A DNA stretch of 63,997 bases from Pirellulaceae bacterium (lineage in GTDB: Bacteria > Planctomycetota > Planctomycetia > Pirellulales > Pirellulaceae): assembly GCA_041739545.1 (NCBI GenBank), contig JBGSNR010000042.1:1-63997 (forward strand), read 5' to 3'. The translations under genes were made by a program, and so were the position numbers. Of the stretch, positions 47,448-57,816 are shown piece after piece; position 1 is the first letter of the stretch, and every line of letters begins with the position of its first letter. Below the pieces are notes generated by a model. It was not told the DNA's origin. It saw only the letters and a list, made by a program, of their open reading frames with translations, and did not search any database.

Positions 47448-49133
47448 CTATCTTCCAAACCAACCGCGTTGCGGCGGATGTTGAACTTGAATTACAACCT
47501 GCTTGCCGTTTAGCTGCCCCAACGTGTCGTTCAGATTGACGACCGCCGCCTGGAGCAAACCAAATTGCTCATCCAAAGATTGTGTTGATTGTTGCAGGAG
47601 TGCCGCCACTTGCTGATGGCCGGCAGTCGCCTGGGTAGTTAGCTGATCGTTCATCTGGTGCGCCCAGGCCGCCTGCTGTTGCTGCGTCTGCTGCAATTGC
47701 TCAGTGAGACTTGCCATCTGCGTGGTGACGGTGCCCAGCGATACAACGGCCGTTTGAAATTCATTCAGTCGTTCGGCATGCACAGACTGTAAATTTCCCT
47801 GCATGGTCGTCCAGCCTTGAGTGATTTCATCCGTCAATGATTTTCCAATCTCTTGCAGACGTGCGGTCCAGGCCCGCAACTCTGCCTGATGGGGAATCAG
47901 TGCGGCATTGATCGCCTGATTTAGGGTCGCTTCGCTGGTCAGTGGGGCTGAAGGCCGACTGGACTCTTCGTCGACGAGGCGCTTCAGCAGATTCTCATTG
48001 CAGTACTCCTCCACCCAGTTCAGCAGATCTTCTTCGGCCTTCTGTAGCGAACTGGCCGGAAACTTGAGAAACAAACTCATGATCAGCGCCACCAACGTCG
48101 TATCGAACGCGACCCCTAGCCCGCCGGTAATGGCCCCCAGCGACTTCTTAATGCTATCCACGTCTGAGGCGGCTTCCAGGCTGCCCGAAAGATTTCCTAC
48201 GGCATTACCTAATCCCTGTACCGTTCCGATGAATCCCAGAATTGGAATTGCCCAGATGAACACATTCAGCAGTCCATAGCTGGAACCCACGGCAGCGTTA
48301 TCCAGTTCTGACTGCGAGGAGAGGATCGTCGAAACCTCGGAAGCACTTCCGCGCACGCTGTAGTGTTCCAGGCCGCGTAATACACGTCGCACCAGAAAAC
48401 TGGCTCCGGTGTCGACCGGGATATCACGAACATGCTCGGTAAACTTATCAACATTGCGAAGAGAAATGTCTTTGCTGATATTTTCTGGAAGCAGGTCGAA
48501 CAACATCGATTCGCGCTGCCGCACGAGTTTGCGCGACTTGAGGATCAAGATGGCAATCGCCCAAAACATGAAGAATGCTTCGGCAACGGTTACCCACCCC
48601 CGATTAAAAAACAGGTCGCGGAAGTAGTTGGCAGGAATCGGTGCCAGGGCGGCATAAAAAATCACCGTGAAGAGGAGCCCAATGGCGGACGTCCACACCA
48701 TGCTGATGTTGGTGCCGTCGTCATTCGAGCGCGTTTGTTGATTCCCTTTGGGCTTTGCCGTGGGCCGATTCGCGCTGGCGGCAAATGCTCCCCTGCCTGC
48801 CGGCGTTGTCGCAGAACCAGGCTTCGACAGCGCTTTGGCCACAGGCGCTCGCAGCTCATTGGTTCGGGGGGCCGTCCCGCCGAATCCACCCAGTGCCGGC
48901 CCCTCGGCGGGAGTTGTTCCGCGCGATTCGGCTGGTGCCCCGAACGACGGCGAGTTCAGGTCCATGGAAGCCAGGTCGAAAGAGGGAACCGATTCTGGTT
49001 CAGGCGCGGGCTTGTCCGGCACCGTGACTTGATGCTTGCAATACGGACAGCGCGCATTGCGACCCGCCAATTCGTCTCGAACACGAAGATTTTTACTGCA
49101 ACTGGGGCACGCGAAATTGAAATACATCGCCAA
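47448..49133 (-). CDS. MotA/TolQ/ExbB-family proton-channel protein with N-terminal MJ0042-type zinc ribbon and Gln-rich coiled-coil C-terminal extension
   Basis: N-terminus CPSCSKNLRVRDELAGRNARCPYCKHQV. Channel core GLLNVFIWAIPILGFIGTVQGL and AITGGLGVAFDTTLVALIMSLF. A ~170-aa Q-rich tail follows. Confidence 0.8.
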   Translation of the reverse strand: MAMYFNFACPSCSKNLRVRDELAGRNARCPYCKHQVTVPDKPAPEPESVPSFDLASMDLNSPSFGAPAESRGTTPAEGPALGGFGGTAPRTNELRAPVAKALSKPGSATTPAGRGAFAASANRPTAKPKGNQQTRSNDDGTNISMVWTSAIGLLFTVIFYAALAPIPANYFRDLFFNRGWVTVAEAFFMFWAIAILILKSRKLVRQRESMLFDLLPENISKDISLRNVDKFTEHVRDIPVDTGASFLVRRVLRGLEHYSVRGSASEVSTILSSQSELDNAAVGSSYGLLNVFIWAIPILGFIGTVQGLGNAVGNLSGSLEAASDVDSIKKSLGAITGGLGVAFDTTLVALIMSLFLKFPASSLQKAEEDLLNWVEEYCNENLLKRLVDEESSRPSAPLTSEATLNQAINAALIPHQAELRAWTARLQEIGKSLTDEITQGWTTMQGNLQSVHAERLNEFQTAVVSLGTVTTQMASLTEQLQQTQQQQAAWAHQMNDQLTTQATAGHQQVAALLQQSTQSLDEQFGLLQAAVVNLNDTLGQLNGKQVVIQVQHPPQRGWFGR

Positions 49134-49789
49134 TCAAGTTTGGAAAAAGCTGCTTAGAAAGTACCAAGACGTGCTAAAGTCGCGTCGCCATCATCATCAG
49201 CTAAAAGCAGTGCGGAAGTAACCGCCCAAGCGAGTAGGCGACTGAGAATGTTTTCAGCAACTTACTCGGACTCTAGGGACTTTTAATCTTATTCAAAGCA
49301 AGTCCTGCCTGCAGCAGAATTGTTATGCATCCAGGCCAGCTTTTCTGGGTCTCATAGCTGGCGACGTCTCGAGTGACCTGCAATGCAATTGGATTGGAAA
49401 GTGGACACTTGAGCGATTGACCTGATGGCCTGGAATTCAAGCGGCAACCGCAGTGACAATTGCTGTAGGTGATTCCAGCAAAAGGGGGCCACGACGGAAC
49501 GCTACACCCCACGTTCAGGCTAGGGGAGGCAACTCGGCGTTCACATAATCGCCTGTTGCGACTTGCGGTGAATCTGATCGACAATTGAAGCGTCGGCAGC
49601 ACCCAATGGCCGACCGATGGCAAACTGCGTGACTTTCCAAGCAATGGTTTCACGAACGCGGTCGCTCTTGCCGTTCCTTTGTCTCCAAAAACTCAGTCAG
49701 CTGTTTGTGCCCGTGCCCAATGGCGCAGGCGAAGTGGCTGTACTGTAATTAGGGAATTACGCGAGATGCCAAAACAGGCCGCTCGCGCA

Positions 49790-51244
49790 TCACTTTCCCT
49801 TATTCTTCCCTTCAGCAGGGTTGGGGCGGTTGAGGTACAGTTGGAACTCCCAGCGGTCCTTCCACTCGGTTAAGTAACGTGCGTACTGCGGCGCTTCGGT
49901 CCAGGATATCGACGGCGGATCGGGTGGTGAAACTTTCCCTTCTGGATAATCTTTCCCTTGGAAACTCTCCTCGGCCTTGCTGTTCCAGTCGAGCAGCGCT
50001 TGCTTCATGCGCGCGAAGTCCGCAGGCTGTTCGGCACTCAAGTCACGAGATTCTTGCGGGTCCGCAACGACGTCGTAAAGCTCAAATGCATCTCGGCGGC
50101 GGTCGTTGTTGATGATCTTATAACGGTTGCCGATCAAAGCTAGTTTCTGCCCGAATCGGAAGGGAATCGCCTCCGCTCGCTCGCCAACCTCGGCAGCAAG
50201 CAACGGCTTCAGACTGATTCCATCGAGCGGCTTCACGAAGACATCCTGAGGCAAGCCGAGAATATCCGCGACGGTGGGAAACAGATCCATCGTGCAAGCT
50301 GGAAAGCTGGTGACGCGTGGCTTCACGACGGCGGGCCACTCGATGATGCCCGGTACGCGCAGCCCGCCTTCATAAACGGTCCCTTTGTTGCCGCGCAACC
50401 CGCCGACCGTGTCGGGTTTGATGCCCGCCAGTCCGCCGTTATCGCTGCAGAAGACCAACAGAGTGTTGTCGGCGAGCTTGAACTCACGAAGCTTGGAACG
50501 GAGCGTACCGACCGCCCGGTCCATTGCCACCAATTCGCCGTAGTGATTCGCAGAGGCTTCATTGAGTTCGCTAAACGGCGCTTTATCGTCCGGCAAAGCG
50601 CGAAACGGACTGTGCGGCGTACCGAACCAGATGACGGCGAACATCGGCTGACTCCCCTGGCGATGCTTGTCGAGGAACTTCACCCCCTCGGCGACGGCAA
50701 TCTCGGAAGAGTCCCCCTTAAACTGCTCGATCTCTCCGCCTCGGCTCATCAGCGGATCCACGTCATAAAAATTGGTCACCGAGACCCATTCGTCAAAGCC
50801 AAAGACGCTGGGGCTGCGCGGGTCGTCGCGCAGAATCGGAACTCCGGGCCCCTTGAAGCCGTTGAGATGCCATTTGCCAAAGTGACCGGTGACATAGCCG
50901 GCCCCCTGCAGCGCTTGGGCAATCGTTTTCTCTTGCAGCCGCAACGCGTAACCGTGCGTGAGCACGCCCGTGCGATCAGGCGAACGCCCCGTCAGAACAC
51001 TCGCCCGGGTCGGCGAACATACCGGGCAGCCCGCATAGAACCGCTCAAAGCGCAGGCCGCTCGCTGCCATCGCATCGAGATGGGGCGTTTTAAGCACCGG
51101 ATGTTCGCGATACCCGGTTTGCCCCCAACCCATATCATCGGCCATCACAAACACAATGTTGGGTCGTTCGGCAGCCGATGCAGCGTGGGTAGTGCAGCAC
51201 GCGAAAAGGACGATCAACGTCTTGATGAGCAAGTAAGTTTTCAT
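49790..51244 (-). CDS. secreted arylsulfatase-family (formylglycine-dependent) sulfatase
   Basis: Signal peptide, then NIVFVMADDMGWG and CPVCSPTRASVLTGR (C-x-P-x-R FGly motif). Confidence 0.9.
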   Translation of the reverse strand: MKTYLLIKTLIVLFACCTTHAASAAERPNIVFVMADDMGWGQTGYREHPVLKTPHLDAMAASGLRFERFYAGCPVCSPTRASVLTGRSPDRTGVLTHGYALRLQEKTIAQALQGAGYVTGHFGKWHLNGFKGPGVPILRDDPRSPSVFGFDEWVSVTNFYDVDPLMSRGGEIEQFKGDSSEIAVAEGVKFLDKHRQGSQPMFAVIWFGTPHSPFRALPDDKAPFSELNEASANHYGELVAMDRAVGTLRSKLREFKLADNTLLVFCSDNGGLAGIKPDTVGGLRGNKGTVYEGGLRVPGIIEWPAVVKPRVTSFPACTMDLFPTVADILGLPQDVFVKPLDGISLKPLLAAEVGERAEAIPFRFGQKLALIGNRYKIINNDRRRDAFELYDVVADPQESRDLSAEQPADFARMKQALLDWNSKAEESFQGKDYPEGKVSPPDPPSISWTEAPQYARYLTEWKDRWEFQLYLNRPNPAEGKNKGK

Positions 51245-51276
51245 GAACCTGTCACCTCTTAAAAGTCGAGCGGAAT

Positions 51277-52714
51277 CTACTGCAGCTGCGGTTTGCCAGG
51301 AACGAGTGAAGACTGATGCAGCTTTACTGCTTCTAAAATCTGAGCCACCACCTCAGCGTGAGCGGCAGCTACATTTCGTTTCTCGGAGGGGTCGCGACCC
51401 AGATGAAACAGTTGCGGAGGGGCGTGCTCTTCGGCCTTCGCAGCACCGTAGCCCGTTTGAGTTTTGAAATGGGCCTTCCATTCACCGAGGCGGCAAGCAA
51501 AGAGCTGGTCGCCGCGGTAATAGAAGAAGGGCCGCGGCGCCAGCGGTGCTTGATCAAACAGCAGCGGGGCCAAATCCACGCCATCGAGCGTCACTTTGTC
51601 GGAGGGCTTAGTGCCTGCCAGGGCTAGCGCTGTGGGGAGCAAATCCAGCGTCCCTGCGAGTTGGCTCGTTACGCCAGGCTTGATTCGCCCCGGCATCCAA
51701 GCGATGCCCGGCACGCGCATGCCACCTTCCCAAGTGCTTCCTTTGCCATCGCGCAGCAGTCCGGCACTCCCTCCTTGATCCCCCATGATGAGCCACGGGC
51801 CGTTGTCGCTGGTGAAAATCACCAGCGTTCGTTCGGCAATTCCTTCATTACGCAACGCTTCCAGCACCTGCCCCACGCTCCAGTCGAGTTCCTCCACGGC
51901 GTCGCCATAAATGCCCGCGCGGCTCTTCCCCTTGAACGCTGGCGAGGCAAACATCGGCACGTGGGGGAAAGTATGAGCGAAGTACAAAAAGAACGATTTG
52001 TCCTTCTGATCGTGAATGAATTTAACGGCCTCTTCCGCGTAACGCTTCGTGAGGGTCGTCTGGCTGCTCGATGATTTTGCCATCCCGGATCAGCGGTACA
52101 TTCCAGCCGTCCTCAGGCGGATTCGGCGAGCCAGTCGCGCCCCGCGGCAGATCGGCCCGGGCATCCATGTCGTTGGAATACGGCAAGCCAAAACTGTGCT
52201 GGAATCCCTGGTCGAGCGGCCGCGAGCCTTCGTGGATCCCCAGATGCCATTTGCCGATGTGGGCGGTAGCGTATCCTTGCTCCTGCAGCGCTTCGGCAAT
52301 GGTGATCTCTTCCGGCGGAAGCCCACCCTTCGAGTTCGGAAACAACACACGCCGACTGCCGCACATGCCGTTGCGAATTGGATAGCGACCCGTCAGCAAC
52401 GCCGCTCGGCTAGGGGTGCAGACTTCGGATGCCGAGTAGAAATCAGTGAACCGCAGCCCTTCTGCCGCCATGCGATCCAGGTGCGGAGTGCGAATCGTCG
52501 GCGAGCCATAACAGCCAAGATCACCGTAACCAAGATCATCGGCGAAAATTACGATGACATTGGGACGAGGCGTGTCTGCCCACCCGCTATCCGTCAGGCA
52601 AGCGAATAGAAGACAAGCAATGAATGGAGCCAGCGACATTCGACTAAAGGACATGGATATTTGCTCTGCTGAGAGGAATCTGTGATAAAATAATCCGAAA
52701 TAGTTTTGTGCCAT
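51277..52714 (-). pseudogene. arylsulfatase-family sulfatase interrupted by a single-base frameshift near 52045-52060 (pseudogene or sequencing error)
   Basis: N-terminal fragment 52022..52714 (signal peptide, [26 protein letters not shown]) ends ...[18 protein letters not shown]-terminal fragment 51277..52083 continues in another frame as ...[17 protein letters not shown]. Joining the two gives the normal sulfatase ...[15 protein letters not shown]... junction. Confidence 0.75.
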
Positions 52715-52786
52715 TTACGCAATTTGTCTTAACGATCCAAGAGATCGCCCCGCCGGTCTTATCAACGCAAAGCATACGTCGGACCG

Positions 52787-54160
52787 TCACCGATCTTTCC
52801 GGAGCCACCAATCTTTCGGGCAAGCCCACACCCGAACCTCTCCCGACTTCTTGCCGTCACCACCCCCGGCAGCCAGCAACTTGCCTTCTGGGTCGAAGGC
52901 CAAGGCGTTGATTTGAGGTGTGTCAAAGGGGAATGTGATGGCTGTTTTGCCCGGGCCGGTGTCCCACAGTCGAACCGTGCGGTCGCTCCCTGCCGAGGCC
53001 AGCCATTTGCCGTCGGGACTAAAGGCCAGTTGAATCACCGAACCCTGGTGTCCGCGCAGAGTGTGAATTTGGCGCCCCGAAGCTACCTCCCAGATTCGCA
53101 ACTCCGCCGCCGGCCCGGGCCCGAGAACCAGGCCGTCGCGCCGGTTGGGCCGACCCCCGATGGATGCCGCCACGAACTTGTTGTCATGGCTGAGGGCTAC
53201 GGCCGTCACTGCGGAACTCCATCCGCCCTGGGGAACAATGTTCATGATCGTGAGCATGTTGACCGTCTTGCCCGTCGCAGCTTCCCAAATCCAGACTTCA
53301 CCCGATTCGGGCAACTCCCCACCGGCACCGTCGGTGCCAACGATCACGTATTTCCCGTCGGCACTCACGCTTAGCGCGCCCGCGTTCGTGGACGTGCTCA
53401 AATCGGCCACTACCTTGGCATCTGGCGGAATAAACTTCTCTACCCCGCCCTCCGGGTATCGAAACTCCGGCCGCTTCACTTCGCCTAACAGGCGGATCAA
53501 CTTGCCGGTTTCCGCGTCCCAGATCTTGACCTCTCCGCCATGCAGCCCGTGTCCGGGCCCCACGAGCCACGAGGTCCCAGCCGTGACCAGTCGCTTGCCG
53601 TCCGGGGTGAAGGCCAGCGCAGCGACGATTGCCGAGAAGCCGCCTCGATTGGGAGAGTCTCTTTGCCGCTCATCGTTGGCAGCAAAAGTCACCAGTCTTT
53701 TGCCCGTCGGTGAAAACGAAACGACGTCGGCAAAGAAGCCCTCGCCTCTCACTAACCGATACTCAACCAGCGCCACCGGCGCTCCATCGGGTCCTCCGGG
53801 AGCGATGGCAAATACCGGATCTCTATATTCTTGGGGCGACCAGGTAAGTTCGTGGCTGCCGATCTCTTTCCCAGTGTCGGATTCCCAGAGTCGAACATCG
53901 GTCGCGCTCACCGACGAAATCCGCTTCCCAGCGGCGTTGAAGGCGAGTGCCATCACCTCGCTTTTATGACCCGTGAACGTGGCCACAGGTTTCGCCTGGG
54001 TTGCCCTATTGTCGGCCTTGGGCTCGGGGAGAGGTTGAGCGGCTGCGCTCGAAGCTAGACCGACCAGAACAATAAGCATCGTGGAACGCAACTTGTTCAT
54101 AAATCTCTCCCCAACAGGAATGGCCCGCCTTGCATTCGCTGAACGATCAACATACGTCAC
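52787..54160 (-). CDS. secreted WD40-repeat beta-propeller protein
   Basis: Probable start 54100 (MNKLRSTMLIVLVGLASSAAA signal). Repeated GH...WD-like blades (FTGHKSEVMALAF, LRGHQGSVIQLAFSPDGKWLASAGSDRTVRLWD). Confidence 0.8.
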   Translation of the reverse strand: MTYVDRSANARRAIPVGERFMNKLRSTMLIVLVGLASSAAAQPLPEPKADNRATQAKPVATFTGHKSEVMALAFNAAGKRISSVSATDVRLWESDTGKEIGSHELTWSPQEYRDPVFAIAPGGPDGAPVALVEYRLVRGEGFFADVVSFSPTGKRLVTFAANDERQRDSPNRGGFSAIVAALAFTPDGKRLVTAGTSWLVGPGHGLHGGEVKIWDAETGKLIRLLGEVKRPEFRYPEGGVEKFIPPDAKVVADLSTSTNAGALSVSADGKYVIVGTDGAGGELPESGEVWIWEAATGKTVNMLTIMNIVPQGGWSSAVTAVALSHDNKFVAASIGGRPNRRDGLVLGPGPAAELRIWEVASGRQIHTLRGHQGSVIQLAFSPDGKWLASAGSDRTVRLWDTGPGKTAITFPFDTPQINALAFDPEGKLLAAGGGDGKKSGEVRVWACPKDWWLRKDR

Positions 54161-55212
54161 CGGTCCACCCGCAACAACTTCAGCGCGCGATTTGGGGTAA
54201 CGCGAGCTACGTCCAAGTGGCTCGGCTGGATCGGCCTTGGGGAATAGCGATGTCTCTTTTTTGAACTACTCAGTCTTCTCAGTGGGCTGGGGATTGACCT
54301 TGGCCTCGCCGCGTTTCAGTACGAATAGCAGTTCGCCGCCGCCGGCACCCAGCAGTTGCTCTGATTTTTGCAACAAGTACCTATGTTCTTACTCCTGCTC
54401 GGTTGCAAAACGCGGTTTTCTTTGGGAAGGTTGAAGTTGTTGTGCAACAAAAGGTCATTTGTTGCGCCGAATCGAGCCATAATTGTTGTCGAACAGTTGC
54501 ACTTCCTCAGATCGACCCGCCGCAGATCAAATTGTCAAAGAGAAGTTGCGAACCCGGACCAGCGGTGCGCAACGCGCAGCGCTGGAGCAATCAGCCAATA
54601 CGATCTTCTTGAATCATTGATTACTTGTCAATCGTTTTTCATAACTCTGACTTTATCCTTGCTCTTTCCGCCTGCGCCGATCGTACCGACCCCAATCCAC
54701 GCCCCGCATTCGACGAGACGGCTCAAAATTTCCTTCCAAGCATGACACCCACTAATCGAGTGGTTTTGGAAACCGGTTTACACGCCTTTTGAATTGCGTA
54801 AGTATTAAATAATTAACGACTTAGTTGCGAAAGTTCAAAACTGGCTGTTAACGACTCCTGTGGGGGGTAAAGTAGGGGTTTGAACAGGGTGCAAGTGGCT
54901 TGGAAACGGGTCAGCCTGACGACGTTTGGCGAGGCAAGACTCGCCCGGTCCCGCTTCCAGGAGCGATGCACTTATTGCGCCATTTATCGCCAGTGATTGA
55001 TGATTGATCAAGTAGCGCTTGCAATATTTTTGCGATTAGGGACAGAAGAAAACTCCCCCACCTTTTCCCCGTCCTGAAGGAAGTTCCTTCCTCTCTTGTC
55101 ACGCACGGGAGCCCTTATGCAGTGTCAGTACCGCCTCGACTGCATGCGTTGCCAACGCAACTTAAACCATTAGAATTGACCACGCGAATTGGAGACAACG
55201 TGGCGGACCGAT

Positions 55213-55246
55213 GCTTCTTGTTGACCCAGGTTGTTGACTGCGTCAA
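55213..55246 (-). terminator. long GC hairpin just downstream of the ADP-ribosylglycohydrolase stop (putative U-tract-less terminator)
   Basis: CCCAGGTTG(T)TGAC-TGC-GTCAACCAACCTGGG, a ~14-bp stem with one bulge, 20 nt after the stop at 55266. Confidence 0.3.
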
Positions 55247-55265
55247 CCAACCTGGGCCACCCCGA

Positions 55266-56273
55266 CTAGTACGGCGGCAGCATTCGACGCACGCCATGAA
55301 TTAACACCACGACCAGAAATAGCATGTTGCGCAACAGAACTCCCAAGATTGGCACGCGGGGGCAAACGACCCTTGCAGAAACTCGACTCTCCGCCACGCT
55401 AGTTCCCAGCTTTTCCAACCAGCCAATAGTTCGCGGCCATTCGGAGAGTCCGGCCAGCCACTCGCGGGGAATACCCTCTTTGCCAACGACGGCTCCCACG
55501 ATCCCGCCCACGATGGCAGCCGTTGTGTCTGCATCGCCGCCGCATTCGATCACCGAAATAACGGCCCGCCGAAAGTCGCACGGATGCGACAGGCACGCAT
55601 GGAGGGCGACCGGAACCGTGTGATAGACGTAACCAGTAACGCCACGTTGCAGACCCAACTGCGCGGCGAACGCCGTTGTTGACTCGCCGAGTTGCACCGA
55701 CTTGACGGTTCTGTCGAGCAAACTTCTGAATTCAATTCTCGAAGGCTCGTCTCCAGACTGGAGGAAGGCGTGCAGCCGGTCGCACCAGTATTGGAGTTCG
55801 AGCGGTTCCTGTTTAGCCGCCCAATTTGCGGCCCATGCAACCGCGAGCGCTCCGTACTCTGCTTTGGGGTCGGAATGAGTCACGCGGGTTGAGGCGCGGA
55901 CGAACTCTCGCAGAGTCTCCTCGTCTTCAATCGCGGCTCCCAACACCGCCGCCCGCATGGCAGGACCGTTACCGGCCGAGAAAACACCACTGGTTTGCGG
56001 CGACCATCCGAGCCAGAGGCGGACCGTGGCCTTTACCGTTGCCAAGCCAGCACCGGCCGGTATCCCCAGCAGCCACCAGCGGAGCCCGCGGGCAAAGGAC
56101 CGACGGAAGACGTCCACATTACCGCCCGAGTTGATCAGGGCCTGTGATACCAGGCAGGTATGTTCTGTGTCGTCCGAAATCATACCGCGGCCGAACATGA
56201 ACCGATGGCAGTCGGGAGGACCAAGCATTGCAGCCGCGCGACGTGGCGAAATGCCTTCGTAGGGAAGACCCAA
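55266..56273 (-). CDS. ADP-ribosylglycohydrolase family protein
   Basis: GDADTTAAIVGGIVGAVVG and the overall DraG/ARH fold. The annotated TTG start lies inside the conserved N-terminal motif: in-frame upstream codons encode ...HAVVGSILGTAVGDALG, but there is no ATG/GTG/TTG before the upstream stop. Confidence 0.75.
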   Translation of the reverse strand: MGLPYEGISPRRAAAMLGPPDCHRFMFGRGMISDDTEHTCLVSQALINSGGNVDVFRRSFARGLRWWLLGIPAGAGLATVKATVRLWLGWSPQTSGVFSAGNGPAMRAAVLGAAIEDEETLREFVRASTRVTHSDPKAEYGALAVAWAANWAAKQEPLELQYWCDRLHAFLQSGDEPSRIEFRSLLDRTVKSVQLGESTTAFAAQLGLQRGVTGYVYHTVPVALHACLSHPCDFRRAVISVIECGGDADTTAAIVGGIVGAVVGKEGIPREWLAGLSEWPRTIGWLEKLGTSVAESRVSARVVCPRVPILGVLLRNMLFLVVVLIHGVRRMLPPY

Positions 56274-56414
56274 AGCGTCGCCTACGGCCGTTCCGAGGAT
56301 GGACCCGACTACGGCATGGGAACTAGTTCGAAGATTCGCAGAGTTTAAAGTCAGTTCGCGAATCTCCCTCGCTTGCGCTTCGGGTTAGTGAAAACTCCAG
56401 CCCTTCCTCCAACC

Positions 56415-57125
56415 CTACTTATGATGCCGCTTCGTCACCATCTTCTTCAGCGCACCTGCCGCCAGCGCCTTCCGGCGGCTCGGCTTGTAGCCATGCTCGG
56501 TGGCGAACCACTCGGCAAAGCGTTCCCGGTCCCGGAACTTGGTGTTCCGTTGGTCCAGCAGGTGCCCGAGTTCGTGGATCAGCACGTTGTTCAAATAGAA
56601 GTCGCGGATCGCTTCTTCGGTCCAGATCAGGTGCCAGTAGCCGTTGGGCTGTTCTTCCCAGCGAGCCCCGTACATCTGGGCTTCGATTCGCTGCGAGGGA
56701 ATCGGCGGCTCGGTGAAGACCTCGGTCCGGGACGTTTCGATGGGATAGAGGTAAATGGCCGAGCCCCATTGCATGCCGTAGCAGGGGAACCGCTTCTTCT
56801 TGCGAGTCATCTGGCTCAGTTGCACCACTTCCAGCCCAGCCGTCATTTCTTCCGGCAGCTCGGCCAGGCGTTCGCGGATGTCGGCCTCAGTCACGACGTG
56901 GCTAAAGCCCTTGCCCGCCTGCTGCACTATAATCTGGTAGCCGCTGCCATCCCCGACGGGCTCGTGCCAGTTTTCAGGTGGCGAGTAAACCCGTTCCCCC
57001 AGATCCCCCGTGAAGCGTGCGCGGCGACCGGCCGATGCACCGCCTCGCGCCGGCACCGAGCGCACCACGGCATTGCGTCGCGAGCGAGCGGGGTTCTTCA
57101 GATTGTGGTCGGGACGTCGGCGCAT
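56415..57125 (-). CDS. hypothetical HExxH-motif putative zinc metallohydrolase
   Basis: C-terminal NNVLIHELGHLLDQRNTKFRDRERFAEWFATEHGY is SprT/DUF45-like in layout. The Arg-rich N-terminus suggests the real start is internal. Confidence 0.45.
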   Translation of the reverse strand: MRRRPDHNLKNPARSRRNAVVRSVPARGGASAGRRARFTGDLGERVYSPPENWHEPVGDGSGYQIIVQQAGKGFSHVVTEADIRERLAELPEEMTAGLEVVQLSQMTRKKKRFPCYGMQWGSAIYLYPIETSRTEVFTEPPIPSQRIEAQMYGARWEEQPNGYWHLIWTEEAIRDFYLNNVLIHELGHLLDQRNTKFRDRERFAEWFATEHGYKPSRRKALAAGALKKMVTKRHHK

Positions 57126-57664
57126 ACGATCCTCGGCGACTGCCGCTGAGGTGATTCAGTGCTCGAACGGTTTCCCTACCTCGACAGACCTCGTTACCTC
57201 GAGGCCGATGACTTGTTGCAGAGCACGTTGCCCTGACTTGGTTGGGACTGAGTGCCCCTTGTCTACTCTATCCTACGGAGCGGCCGGCATCAATTTCAAG
57301 GACGAAACCTAAGTGGACTGGCAATAAGGACTTAGGTAAAAACCACTACACCCCGTTGACAGCCCGGAAGTGGTCATTTGCAGCCCTTTTTGACCGGAAG
57401 TTCGAACCAGGCTGTACGGTCGCCACCTGTTTTGAAATGCCCCAGCGAGCGCTCGCGGAATAGCGCATTGTGTTGCCGCACGTTCGTTACAGACGGAATG
57501 ATCGTCACGCACTGCAGGTGGAAGGTTCACGCTGGATGGTGCTTACGCTGTAGGAAAGCTGTACTGGCAAAGCGTCATTGGTCACTAGTCATTCGTCATT
57601 TGGGCTTCGTCATTTCGCATCTGCACCCCCTTCGACCAATCACTGCTCCTTGTTATATTTGGAG

Positions 57665-57738
<74 letters not shown>

Positions 57739-57787
57739 CTTGAAGCCCTTTGGTGCGAACTAAAACCGCCCACGGGTGAACGCTTAA

Positions 57788-57816
57788 AGCCGAGGCTTAA
57801 CCCCTCGGCTTTTTTC
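57788..57816 (+). terminator. Rho-independent terminator after tRNA-Met
   Basis: AGCCGAGG-CTTAACCC-CTCGGCT followed by TTTTTT. Confidence 0.7.

Noticed and set aside
54870-55010. tmRNA-like start (GGGGGGTAAAG...) with a short ORF ending TGATGATTGA
   Set aside because: No tRNA-like 3' domain with a GGTTCGANTCC T-loop nearby. The candidate tag peptide does not end in ALAA or AVAA-like residues.
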